DNA of 63,359 nt, counting the filler, from Licmophora abbreviata (Eukaryota): NCBI GenBank assembly GCA_900291995.1. It is 23 parts of 23 records of this genome, joined end to end, with 100 filler letters (N's around TTAATTAATTAA, not from the genome) between each part and the next. Parts side by side here need not be neighbours in the genome. Positions count along the whole stretch, not along the records: positions 9,791 to 11,743 come from OLMU01004965.1; positions 11,844 to 12,995 come from OLMU01004967.1; positions 13,096 to 15,310 come from OLMU01004968.1; positions 15,411 to 16,712 come from OLMU01004969.1; positions 16,813 to 17,868 come from OLMU01004970.1; positions 17,969 to 20,592 come from OLMU01004971.1; positions 20,693 to 23,304 come from OLMU01004972.1; 16 more parts are not named here. One strand, given 5' to 3'. Positions 11,300-21,782 of the stretch are shown here, piece by piece. The position numbers and the translations under genes are program-made. Each line of letters starts with the position of its first letter. Positions within the stretch are counted from its first letter, which is position 1. The notes beneath the pieces were generated by a model. It ran no database searches. It was given only the letters and a program-made list of their open reading frames with translations, and was not told the DNA's origin.

Positions 11300-12316
11300 T
11301 CACAGCGGCCAGATCACTGGAATGAGCGCACTGGCCAGCACGCCCACGCTCAGGTTCAGCGGGATACCCACCCGCATGAAATCGGTGAACTTGTAGCCGC
11401 CGGGACCATAAACAAGCGTATTGGTCTGATACCCGATTGGGGTGGCGAAACTGGCAGAGGCAGCGACCATAACCGCCACCACCAGCGGGCGCGCATCGAC
11501 CCCCATCGCATCCGCAAGGCCGATGGCGATCGGCGTGACCACCACCGCCACGGCATTGTTGCTCACCAGCTCGGTCAGCACGGATGTCAGCAGATAGATC
11601 GCCCAGACCACCGCAAAGCCGGGCAGCATCTCAAAGCCGGGCGCCATCGCCCCGACAATCAGCCGCACCGCCCCCGAGGCCTCGAGCGCGGCACCAATCG
11701 CCAGCATGGCAAAGATCAGCGCCAGCAGCCGCCCATCGACAAANNNNNNNNNNNNNNNNNNNNNNNNNNNNNNNNNNNNNNNNNNNNTTAATTAATTAAN
11801 NNNNNNNNNNNNNNNNNNNNNNNNNNNNNNNNNNNNNNNNNNNAGCGTGCCCCCGAGGATCGCGGCATAGCTGAGCGGAATGAGCAGCTTGGAGGCCGGC
11901 ATCCCCAAGGTCCGCGCCAGCTGCACGAAAACCGGGATCATCACCACCACCACGGGCGTGTTGTTCATCACCGCCGAGCCGACGATCACGAACGCCATCA
12001 GCATCACGATGGCGAGCTTCGGGCGGTGCCGCGCCTGCCGGTCCGCCAGCGTCGTCAGCGCATCGAGCGCGCCCGTCCGCACCAGCGCGCCCATCACCAG
12101 AAACAGCATCGCGATGGTCCAGGGTGCGGGGTTCGACAGCACCGCAAGCCCCGCCTCATAGGGCAGCACCCCAAGCGCCAAGAGCAGCGCCGCGCCGCCG
12201 ATGGCCACAACCTCGGTGGGGAAAATCTCACGGATGAACAGCGCGAACATCACCCCGACCACCGCAAGGGTGATAACGGACTGCCCTGTCTGTGATGTCG
12301 CGATCATATCCATCAA
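11300..12316 (-). CDS. SLC13 family permease (large middle part lost in gap)
   Basis: MNNTPVV, LSYAAILGG, FATPIGYQTN motifs. Confidence 0.85.
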
Positions 12317-13334
12317 ACCGGCCCGCCACCTTTACCTGTATCGCGGCCATCTTCTCGCAATGCGCGAACCGGGGCAAGGCGCATGGCGGGGCGCGGTTGC
12401 ACCAGGAACAGCCCCGCCATCAGCACGCCGAACGCCGCCCAGACATAGCCCGAATAGCTTTCTCCAAGCAGCGTCATGGACCATGTGACACCGAACGCCG
12501 TCACCAGATAAGCCACCTGCGCGGCAAACACCGCCCCCGCCTGCCCCACCAGCCAGACATAGCTGGCATAGACCACCGCATGAATGATCGAACTGGCCAA
12601 GAGCGCCGCATCCGGCGCGCCCCAGGGTGGCAGCGGGCTGATCCATTGCCCGGTGACCAGCGCCAGCGGCAGCGCGATCATCGCCCCCAGAAGCGACGCG
12701 CCCGACAGCACCTGAATCGCATCCATGCCGCGCGTGCCCCATTTCGACACGATATTGCCCTCGACCGCATAGAAAAACGGCGCCACCAACGCCAGCGGCA
12801 CAAAAGCGATCATCGCCGGATCCGGCAGGCTGGCCCGGGGCGCCACCATCAGCACGACCCCCGCCAGCCCCGCCATCAGACCGCCAAGCCGCATGAGGCC
12901 GAACCGGTCGATGCGCAAGCCGATGGCGATGGGAAAGGCGAACATCGGCACGGTCGAGATCAGGATCGCGATCACCCCCGCAGGCAGATGCACCGNNNNN
13001 NNNNNNNNNNNNNNNNNNNNNNNNNNNNNNNNNNNNNNNTTAATTAATTAANNNNNNNNNNNNNNNNNNNNNNNNNNNNNNNNNNNNNNNNNNNNACCGT
13101 CCCGGTCAGCGCGATCACCAGAAAAAACCGCAGATCGCCCCCCGCCCTCGGCAGACCGCGCCCGCGCAGCGCATTGAACCCCGACAATAAAAGACCCGCG
13201 ATCACCAATTGCCAGAAGATCAACCCGAACGGCATATAACCTTCACTGACGGCGATCTTCGACAAGGGCGTGGTCAGGCCCCAGCCCGCGCCGACCACGG
13301 TCAGCACCGCCAGCAACCCCAGCCGCGATGTCAC
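12313..13334 (-). CDS. DMT/EamA family transporter (gap inside)
   Basis: Hydrophobic EamA-like repeats on both sides of the gap. Confidence 0.8.
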
Positions 13335-14143
13335 GGCCCCGTCTGCTCCAGCCGTCCGCCCTGCCGCACCATGGCGACACGGGTGGCCTTGCCGGTGCGA
13401 TCATCCGTCTCGACATAAAGCCCCGACAGCGTCACATCGCCCATGGCGGGCTGGAACCGGCCACGCGCCATGCCGCTGACAAAGCGGCGCATCGGCTCGG
13501 TCTTTTCCATGCCGATCACCGAGTTGTAATCGCCGCACATGCCCGCATCGCTCTGAAAGGCGGTGCCTTGGGGCAGGATCTGCGCATCGGCTGTGGGCAC
13601 ATGGGTATGCGTGCCCACCACGACACTGGCGCGCCCGTCACAAAAATGGCCCATGCCCATCTTCTCGGACGTGGCCTCGCAATGGATATCGACCAAAGAC
13701 GCCTGCACGGCCCCGCCCGGCGGATGCGCGCGCAGCACCGCATCCACAGCCGAGAACGGATCGTCGAAACACCGCTTCATGAAGACCTGCCCCAAGGCCT
13801 GACAGACCAGCACCTTGCGCCCCCGCGCGTCGCTGAACACCCCCTGCCCGCGCCCCGGCGCATCCTTGGCATAGTTCAGCGGGCGCAGCACGCGCGGCTC
13901 GGTTTCGATGAATTGCAGCATGTCCTTCTGATCGAAGGCATGATCTCCAAGCGTGATGCAATCGGCCCCGGCCTGCAGCAGCGCGCGGGCGTGATCGCCC
14001 GTCAGGCCCATCCCCCCCGACGCATTCTCGCCATTGACCACAACGAAATCCAGCCGCCACTCCTGTCGTAGCTTGGGCAAAACCTCCGCCACGGCGGCGC
14101 GCCCCGCCCGGCCGACCACATCTCCGAGAAACAGAATTTTCAT
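13331..14143 (-). CDS. YmdB/TIGR00282 family metallophosphoesterase
   Basis: MKILFLGDVVG, NGEN, DIHCEATSEK, GTHTHVPTAD motifs. Confidence 0.92.
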   Translation of the reverse strand: MKILFLGDVVGRAGRAAVAEVLPKLRQEWRLDFVVVNGENASGGMGLTGDHARALLQAGADCITLGDHAFDQKDMLQFIETEPRVLRPLNYAKDAPGRGQGVFSDARGRKVLVCQALGQVFMKRCFDDPFSAVDAVLRAHPPGGAVQASLVDIHCEATSEKMGMGHFCDGRASVVVGTHTHVPTADAQILPQGTAFQSDAGMCGDYNSVIGMEKTEPMRRFVSGMARGRFQPAMGDVTLSGLYVETDDRTGKATRVAMVRQGGRLEQTGP

Positions 14144-14239
14144 GACAGCGGTGTTAGGCCCCGCGCGCCTCCGGCGCAAGGGCGCTGTTGCAGAGGTGCA
14201 ATCCACCGACACCCCGAACACGCTCAAGCACCGGACGCA

Positions 14240-15157
14240 TCAGATAAGCCGACCTGTGTCAGGCTCGTACTGGCCAAAGACATTTTCACGATGCCAGCGC
14301 AGATTTTCGGGATGCGGCCAGTTTCGCTCATCCTCAGGCAGGCGCAATTTACCATCCGGCAAGATCAGCCGATCCACCACGTCATTGGGTACCTTGTTAC
14401 GCGAGACAAGAATGGTCCGATCTTCCGCGACCGAGATCAGCCCCCTGTCAAACATCCAGTGCAGCGTCCCCGACAAGGCCAGCCCATTGCGGACCGAGTC
14501 GCTTCCCTGATGCTCGACCGGCTTTATATGCGCGGCCTGAACTTCGGGGCGGCCACCACCATTCCTCAGATACAGGCCCGATATGGCACATCGATACCCA
14601 TAAGCCTCGCGTACCTTTCTGCGAAAGGCGACATCGCGATAGGGTCGCCGCGTCAGACGTTCCAGAACGGGCCGATGGAACAAAGCAGCCGGCTCCTGCA
14701 TCTCGGCAGGCTGCGGATCATATTGCGTGGCCTCGATCTGCTCCAGATCCTCTGGCAAGCCAATGCTCACGATGCGGGCAAAATCCCGCTCCGGCAGACG
14801 GCGCACAGCCAATTGCACCGCACCCCCCTTTTTCGGCGTCCCATCCGGTTCGGCCAAGGCCGCTTCCAGCGGACTGCCGCCTTGCAGCCTTGGAACATCG
14901 CGATCGAATGGCAGGAAGGTGCCCGGTTCGATCACGGCAAGATAGCGCCCCTCGACACCGGGCTTGGCAATCACCTCGGCAATCTTGGCGACGGCGAAAT
15001 ACCCTTTCGGACCGGCTTTAACCGGCTCGTAATAGACAATCCAATCCCCCACGGCCTCGCGCACAGCTTTCAGATAACTGCGGGGAAAATCGTAAACCTT
15101 GTCCGGCTCGTCGTCGTAGATCGAGTCCGCCTTGTGCATCAGAACCAGTTTGACCAT
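14240..15157 (-). CDS. HNH endonuclease, putative restriction enzyme
   Basis: FRRKVREAYGYRCAISG...AAHIKP...NGLALSGTLHWMFDRG HNH_2-type domain at the C-terminus. Confidence 0.85.
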   Translation of the reverse strand: MVKLVLMHKADSIYDDEPDKVYDFPRSYLKAVREAVGDWIVYYEPVKAGPKGYFAVAKIAEVIAKPGVEGRYLAVIEPGTFLPFDRDVPRLQGGSPLEAALAEPDGTPKKGGAVQLAVRRLPERDFARIVSIGLPEDLEQIEATQYDPQPAEMQEPAALFHRPVLERLTRRPYRDVAFRRKVREAYGYRCAISGLYLRNGGGRPEVQAAHIKPVEHQGSDSVRNGLALSGTLHWMFDRGLISVAEDRTILVSRNKVPNDVVDRLILPDGKLRLPEDERNWPHPENLRWHRENVFGQYEPDTGRLI

Positions 15158-15490
15158 CTCTTGGATGCAAGCCGGTAAATCACCAATTGGCAAGCCTTTT
15201 GTCGTATGCCCCCGCCGCCGCAGCAGCTTATGTCGCGATGCGATAGCGCGCGGCGACAGCGACCGGATAAGCCACCGACCGGGCGATGAAGCACACATCA
15301 TGCACCCGCCNNNNNNNNNNNNNNNNNNNNNNNNNNNNNNNNNNNNNNNNNNNNTTAATTAATTAANNNNNNNNNNNNNNNNNNNNNNNNNNNNNNNNNN
15401 NNNNNNNNNNCCCGCCGGAGGCTCCTGCCGGGGCGGTGCGGGCCGCGATCCGATCAGGGGGTGCGGGACCGGCAAACCGGCCTCTCCCGC

Positions 15491-16057
15491 TCACCCCCCG
15501 CCAAACCCGATCACCCCGGCCTCGGTCACCACCATGTCAAGCGGCTGATCCGTGGGCTCCAGAGGCAGCGCCTCGACCTGCTGCGCGGCATAGGCGAACC
15601 CGATGGCCAGCGTGGGCCGCTTGGCCCGCAGCATCTCCAGCGTGCGGTCATAGAACCCCCCGCCATAGCCAAGCCGCCCGCCGCTGCGATCAAAGGCCAC
15701 CAGCGGCACGATCAGGATCTCCGGCTCGATGAAATCGTCCACCTCGGGGATCATCGCCCCGAACGGGCCCTCCTTCAGCGCACAGCCCGGCTCCCAGCGC
15801 GAGAATTTCAGCGGCAGGCCCGCCCCCTGAATGACCGGAACACAGACCGGGCCGTAGGCTGCGGCCTCTTCCATCGCCGGCACGGGGTCGATCTCGGTGC
15901 GGATCGGCATGTAGCCCGACAGCGGCACGCCGCGATGGCCCGCCAGCACCTGCGACAGATGCCCCGCCTCACCCGGTCCCGCCGCCTCATGCGCGGCACG
16001 GCGCGCGGCAAAGGCGCCCTTGCGCGCCGCCGCCTTGATATCCGCAAGATCGCTCAT
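15491..16057 (-). CDS. 5-formyltetrahydrofolate cyclo-ligase
   Basis: VPLVAFDRSGGRLGYGGGFYDRTL motif; overlaps the mgtE stop (ATGA). Confidence 0.92.
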   Translation of the reverse strand: MSDLADIKAAARKGAFAARRAAHEAAGPGEAGHLSQVLAGHRGVPLSGYMPIRTEIDPVPAMEEAAAYGPVCVPVIQGAGLPLKFSRWEPGCALKEGPFGAMIPEVDDFIEPEILIVPLVAFDRSGGRLGYGGGFYDRTLEMLRAKRPTLAIGFAYAAQQVEALPLEPTDQPLDMVVTEAGVIGFGGG

Positions 16058-17476
16058 AGCAACACCACCGCCGCCAGCCCCAGAAAGGCGAAAAAGCCCA
16101 CCACATCGGTCACCGTCGTCACGAACGCCCCCGAGGCCAGCGCCGGGTCGATGCCCACCCGCTCCAGCGCCACGGGAATGACCGTACCGGCAAGCCCGGC
16201 CACCACGAGGTTGATGACCATCGCCGCCCCGATCACATAGCCCAGTTCCGGCCCGCCGAACCACGCGATCCCGACAATCCCCATCACGATTGCGAAGATG
16301 ATCCCGTTGACCAGTCCCACCAGAACCTCGCGCCGGATGAAGCGCCACACGTTCGATCCCGTCAGATCTCGGGTCGCGATGGCGCGCACCGCCACGGTCA
16401 GGCTTTGCGTCCCCGCATTGCCGCCCATCGACGCCACGATCGGCATCAGTACCGCCAGCGCCACGATCTGCGTGATCGCCTCTTCGAACTGCGCGATCAC
16501 CAGCGAGGCAAGGATCGCCGTCACCAGATTGACCGCCAGCCACGGCAACCGCTGCCGGGTGGTGTCGATCACCCGGTCGTTCAGACTGCCCTCGCCCACA
16601 CCGGCAAGGCGCAGGATGTCCTCCTCGTGTTCCTCGTCCAGCACCGCCATCGCGTCATCGATGGTGATGACCCCCACCAGCCGTTCGGTCTCATCCACCA
16701 CCGGCGCCGAGANNNNNNNNNNNNNNNNNNNNNNNNNNNNNNNNNNNNNNNNNNNNTTAATTAATTAANNNNNNNNNNNNNNNNNNNNNNNNNNNNNNNN
16801 NNNNNNNNNNNNGTCCTCCACCACGATCGCGCAACAGCACTTCCCGCCGCGACGCCATCAGCTTGCCCAGCGTGACATTTCCCACCGGCCTCAGCCGCGG
16901 ATCGACCAGCACGATGTGATAGAACTGCTCCGGCAGATCCTCCTGGTCGCGCAGATAATCAATCGCCTCGCCCACATTCCAATGCTCGGGCGCCATCACC
17001 ACCTCGCGCTGCATCAGGCGGCCCGCGGAATATTCCGGATAGGTCAGCGATTGCTGCACTGCGATCCGGTCGCCGGCCTCCAGCGCGCTCAGGATGGTCT
17101 GCTGCTCGTGATCCTCCAGATCCTCGACCAGATCGACCACATCATCCGAATCGAGATCCCGCACCGCCTCGGCCAGCACGTCGGGCGGCAGGAGGCCGAT
17201 GACTTCCTGCCGAAGCCCCTCATCCAGCTCCGACAGCACATCGCCATCGAAATCCGAGCCATAAAGCTCGATCAGCCGACGACGGTCAAAGGCGTTGATC
17301 TGCTCCAGAAGGTCCGCGATATCGGCCGGATGCAGCGCCGACATTTCCTGCAGGAACAGCGCCCGATCCCCGATATCCACCGCATAGATGATCCGCGCCA
17401 CCGCCTGCGGATTCAGCGCATAAGAGGTGTCCTCTCGCTCGGCCTCGGTCTCTGCCAGCTGTTCCTCATCCGCCAT
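16054..17476 (-). CDS. mgtE: Magnesium transporter MgtE (gap inside)
   Basis: HPADIAD, SAGRLM, CBS domains, GGNAGTQ, DPALAS..TTVTD motifs. Confidence 0.92.
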
Positions 17477-17609
17477 GACACCCTCCGCCGATGCGCCCCG
17501 GCGCAAGACCTACCCAAGCCGCGCACGGAAAACAATCACATTGCCCGATTTACCGCGCGCGACGTCCCGCCTATCGTCACCCCTGATCCTTACTGCAGCA
17601 GGCCGCCTC

Positions 17610-19023
17610 ATGACACGGCACGAAATCATCACGGGTCACGTGTTGTCCTTCACCGAAGACCCGTTCGGCAACGCCCCCGACGCCTCGGTCACATGGCACG
17701 AGGCGCTGCTGATCCGCGACGGAACCATCATTGCCACGGGCGATCTGGACACGCTGCGCCAACAGGCTCCCGGCGCAACGCTGACCCGCCATGACGGCTG
17801 CCTGATCTGCCCCGGCTTCATCGACGCGCATGTGCATTACCCCCAGACCGCGATCATCGCCAGCTGGGNNNNNNNNNNNNNNNNNNNNNNNNNNNNNNNN
17901 NNNNNNNNNNNNTTAATTAATTAANNNNNNNNNNNNNNNNNNNNNNNNNNNNNNNNNNNNNNNNNNNNACCCCCAGACCGCGATCATCGCCAGCTGGGGG
18001 GCACGGCTCATCGACTGGCTCGAACGCTACACCTTCCCCGAAGAGATGCGCTTTGCCGATCCCGCCCATGCCGCCACCATCGCCGACCGCTATCTCGACC
18101 TAACGCTCGCCCATGGCACCACCACCGTCTCCAGCTTCTGCACCTCGCACACCGCCAGCGTCGAGGCGTTCTTCACCGCAGCCCAGGCGCGCGGCTTGCG
18201 GGCGGCGGCGGGCAAGACCTGCATGGACCGCAACGCGCCGCCCGCCCTGTGCGACACCGCGCAATCCGCCCATGACGACAGCGCCGCGCTGATCGCCCGC
18301 TGGCATGGGGTCGACCGGCTGTGCTACGTCATCACCCCTCGCTTCGCCCCCACCTCAAGCGCTGATCAGCTGGCCGCGCTCGGGGCGCTCTGGGCCAATC
18401 ACCCCAACTGCCTGATGCAAACCCATCTGAGCGAACAGACCGAGGAAATCGCCTGGGTGGCCGAGCTTTTCCCCAAGGCCCGCGATTATCTCGATGTCTA
18501 TGAGACATTCGGCCTTCTGGGCGACCGCGCGCTTTTCGGCCATGCCATCCACCTCACCGCGCGTGAGGCCTCTCGCCTTTCGGAAAGCGGCGCCGCACTG
18601 ATCCATTGCCCCACCTCCAACAGCTTCATCGGCTCGGGGCTTTTCGATATCGGGCGCCGTCTGGCCGAAGGGCAGCGCATCGGACTGGCCACCGATACCG
18701 GCGGCGGCTCGAGCTTCTCGATGCTGCGCACGATGGCCGCCGCCTATGAGATCGGACAATTGACCGGCACCGTGCTGCATCCCGCGCAGCTTTTGTGGCT
18801 GGCCACCGCAGGCTCCGCCCGGGCGCTGCATATGGGCGACAGGATCGGCACGATCGCCCCGGGGATGGAGGCCGATCTGGTGGTGCTCGATCTCGCCTCC
18901 ACGCCCGCCATCGCCACGCGTCACGCGCGCGCAGACGACATCTGGGACGCGATCTTTCCCACGATCATGATGGGGGACGACAGAGCTGTAAAAGCCGTTT
19001 ATGTGATGGGACATCGCCTGTAA
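17610..19023 (+). CDS. guaD: Guanine deaminase; 3' end supplied by the integrated element
   Basis: PGFIDAHVHYPQ, LIDWLERYTFPEE, ITPRFAPTS, QTHLSE, TDTGGG, MMGDDR motifs; the gap is an overlap (17839-17868 repeated at 17969-17998). Confidence 0.92.
18961..18974 (+). repeat. attL core
   Basis: ACGATCATGATGGG, encodes TIMM(G) in guaD; contains the palindrome ATCATGAT. Confidence 0.88.
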
Positions 19024-19036
19024 CGACTATAACCAT

Positions 19037-19049
19037 CAAGTCATTGATA
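19037..19049 (-). promoter_or_regulatory. Candidate IHF binding site in attL
   Basis: Minus strand TATCAATGACTTG matches the WATCAANNNNTTR consensus; lies between core and candidate arm sites. Confidence 0.55.
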
Positions 19050-19125
19050 TAGGGTACTTTTTGAATCGCGCGCACGGAGACAGAGGGCGTCATGCAATCC
19101 AACCTAATCACAGCTGATGATATAT

Positions 19126-19168
19126 TTGGTTGCTTTTATGTTGCCACGAGCATGCCTGCTGTTGCCAT
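19126..19168 (+). repeat. Candidate integrase arm-type sites (left)
   Basis: TTGGTTGC (19126), TGTTGCCAC (19139), TGTTGCCAT (19160); same motif recurs near attR. Confidence 0.6.
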
Positions 19169-19309
19169 GAGAGCCGATACCCCTTATGTTCATTCTTGCA
19201 TCCAGAGCGACGCGGCCAAAGAGGGCGGCGTCCACCAACCCTCCTCGTAGGGTGGTCGGCCAAAAGGCAGATGCGCGGGGCGTCCCAGCCTCGAAGAGGA
19301 GAAACCACC

Positions 19310-19513
19310 ATGAGCAAAGCTGTGCAAATGCGCCGATGCATCTGCGGCGATGCATGCCGCGATCCCAAAGGTCCCATGCTGCCGATCGAAGCGTTCGCGG
19401 CGTCAGGAGGGCGCTGCGAGACCTGCTACCGCAAACGCCGCCGCAAGAAAAAATCGACGCGGGAAGAACGGCTTGCTAGGCTAGGTCACTTTTTAGCGGG
19501 GCTGCAGCAATGA
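19310..19513 (+). CDS. Small Cys-rich, basic protein (possible zinc finger)
   Basis: GAGGAGA RBS; CICGDAC...CETC then RKRRRKKK; ATGA overlap with next ORF. Confidence 0.55.
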   Translation: MSKAVQMRRCICGDACRDPKGPMLPIEAFAASGGRCETCYRKRRRKKKSTREERLARLGHFLAGLQQ

Positions 19514-19749
19514 CCCGGAACGTGGATCGTCCTGACCCGTGGGAGTTCGGACCTTGGGATGCCGTTGAACATTTCATGGCGGGGTCCGAGGACATCGTTA
19601 TGGCCGACGACATGACCATCGACGATGCAGCGGATCTGCTAGTGCAGTGCGGCGAGATCGAAGGCGCCTATGACATCCGCGTGTTCTACCATGAATGCCG
19701 CCTCGCGCTCACCAATAAGATCGAGGAGATGATCGATGCAACGTCGTGA
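19510..19749 (+). CDS. Small acidic hypothetical protein
   Basis: Overlaps upstream and downstream ORFs in a compact operon. Confidence 0.55.
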   Translation: MTRNVDRPDPWEFGPWDAVEHFMAGSEDIVMADDMTIDDAADLLVQCGEIEGAYDIRVFYHECRLALTNKIEEMIDATS

Positions 19750-20149
19750 TTTCCTGGTCGGCGCAAGCGCGCTCGCCTTGGCGCCTACCCCTCTTCTGGG
19801 CACTAAGCGCGTAGAGGCGCTTGGTTGCGTGCCCCCTGCGCCCCTCAAGTCGAGGCTTTCAATCCCCACAACCGGGGGCGTTTCCCTGCAACGGTTTATG
19901 GTGGAATACCAAGCGTTGAAGGAGCGCGCTGCAACTGCCAGACGGCACGAGGCCGCCTACCGCAGCCGCATCCCTTACGACGACACATCCCCCGCGTCGC
20001 TCGAGACCAACCCCGATTACAACTCGCCGTCCGCTCCACCACCTCGGCCGCCGGCACCGACCCTCTATGGTCCTGGCACCGAGACCAATGATCCGTTCGA
20101 GTTCTGGCACATGCGCCGCGACAACATAAAGAAACAGAACCATGGCTGA
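19736..20149 (+). CDS. Hypothetical protein with twin-arginine-like N-terminus
   Basis: GAGGAG RBS; MQRRDFLVGASALALAP; overlaps the integrase start. Confidence 0.5.
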   Translation: MQRRDFLVGASALALAPTPLLGTKRVEALGCVPPAPLKSRLSIPTTGGVSLQRFMVEYQALKERAATARRHEAAYRSRIPYDDTSPASLETNPDYNSPSAPPPRPPAPTLYGPGTETNDPFEFWHMRRDNIKKQNHG

Positions 20150-21587
20150 TCAACGTAATTTCACCAAAGCATACCTGCTCGGCCTGTCCAAGAAGGAGCC
20201 TGGGTTCCTTGCCAAGGACACTGGGTTTAACGGTACCCTCGGGGCGCGCGTCGCCAAGGCCCGCCAAGTGTCGCTATTCGTGGGCTGGCGTCAGGGCAGC
20301 AAGCAGCGCAAGAAGGTCCTCGGTACCGTGAAGGACCTGCTCGAGCTGGACGGCCTGACAGTCGACGATGTGCGTGAGCGCGCACGCGCGGTCATTCGCA
20401 TGTCAAAGGAAGGCCCCCAAGACGATGGTGCCCGGGCAAGGATTACAATCGCTGTTCTGGGCAAGGAGTACGTCGAAGGGCGCATGTCGGGCACGATCAA
20501 AACGCCGTATGCGGACGGTGGTAGAGCCGCGCGCCTGGCTATCAAGAGGGCGGTCGCGGTGTGGGGCGATCGGCCTGTGGCATCGCTGAGGANNNNNNNN
20601 NNNNNNNNNNNNNNNNNNNNNNNNNNNNNNNNNNNNTTAATTAATTAANNNNNNNNNNNNNNNNNNNNNNNNNNNNNNNNNNNNNNNNNNNNGCCTGTGG
20701 CATCGCTGAGGATGAAGGACGGCAGCGCGCTGTTGAACCAGGTTGTCAAGGACGCCGTCGCAACAGCCAAGCGCGAGAAGCGCAGGCTGGGCGCGAAGTA
20801 TCCAGGCCACGAGGCTGCCAAGAGCGCCCGCGCCCTGATCAAGCCCATGCTTGTCTGGCTGGCCGACGAGCTACCAGAGGTTCGCACTGAGCTGTTCAAG
20901 CAGTTCACTGCGAGGTCGAACGGCCCTCATCGCGGCGTGATGAGCAAGGACGAGCGCATTCTTTTCTTCCGCGCCCTCAACATCTTCGAGAAGCCGCAGA
21001 GCAACCGCACAGGCCGCCGTCACGACGTCAGCAAGGACACCTGCGACATCCTTCGCCTAACCTATCTCTGCGCCGCTCGAAAGTCAGACTGGGTGCAGGC
21101 TCAGTGGCGGGATGTATCGCTCGACGACGGGACCTGGGTGCGCCCCGACCACAAGCGCAAGCAGGGTGAAGAACACCGGCAGATTTTGACGCAGGACGTG
21201 ATCGCAATCCTTGAGGGGGTCAGGAGCCGGCGCGAGCAAAAGTACAAGCGCCCCGTCGAGGGTGAAGACTATATTTTTCCGTCGGTCAGCAAGACTGGAA
21301 AGCCGCACCGCTCAGACCTCTGGAGCGCCTTCCAAACGATCATGGACATCGCGGGGATCAATGAGGACAAGGCCGAGGCACAGCGGATCACGCCACACTG
21401 CCTGCGCGCCTCTAGGATCACCGAATGGGTCGATGAGCACGGCTGGAGCTTTGAGAAAGTTGGGCTGGTGATGGGCAACACGGAGCAGGTGGTGAGAGAC
21501 GTCTACTACCGCCCGCGGCACAAAGTGGAGGCCGTACGCGAAACGGTCGAAGTCGCCGGCGACGCAGCGCTGCTGCAGGGACTGTGA
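20142..21587 (+). CDS. Tyrosine recombinase/integrase with N-terminal arm-binding domain
   Basis: N-term DTG..LGARV..SLFVGWRQGSKQRKKVLG resembles P4-type arm-binding domain; catalytic R (CAARKSD), HCLR, Y (VYY); the two parts overlap across the gap (GCCTGTGGCATCGCTGAGGA duplicated). Confidence 0.85.
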
Positions 21588-21782
21588 ACGCATAGGCGAT
21601 CACACGGGCACGCGCGAAGATCGACGTCGTGGCTGCCCGGCCCCACAGAACCAATGTACTGATCCGGGTCAAGCACTCAGCTTTCCGGCGAGTTGACCAG
21701 GCGCGTTTTCGACGCTGTCATTGGAGCAAGGTTCGGGTTATTCCAATGTAAAACCGAAGAAACGAATGAACGGGGATGCAGC

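Noticed and set aside
16058..16200. 6S RNA, often found upstream of 5-formyltetrahydrofolate cyclo-ligase
   Set aside because: The upstream region is mgtE coding sequence overlapping the start codon; no room for it
17839..17998. Short duplications on either side of gaps (in guaD, also in the integrase at ~20573-20712 and lacI at ~35016-35155)
   Set aside because: Unmerged contig overlaps, not target-site duplications; the genes are probably intact
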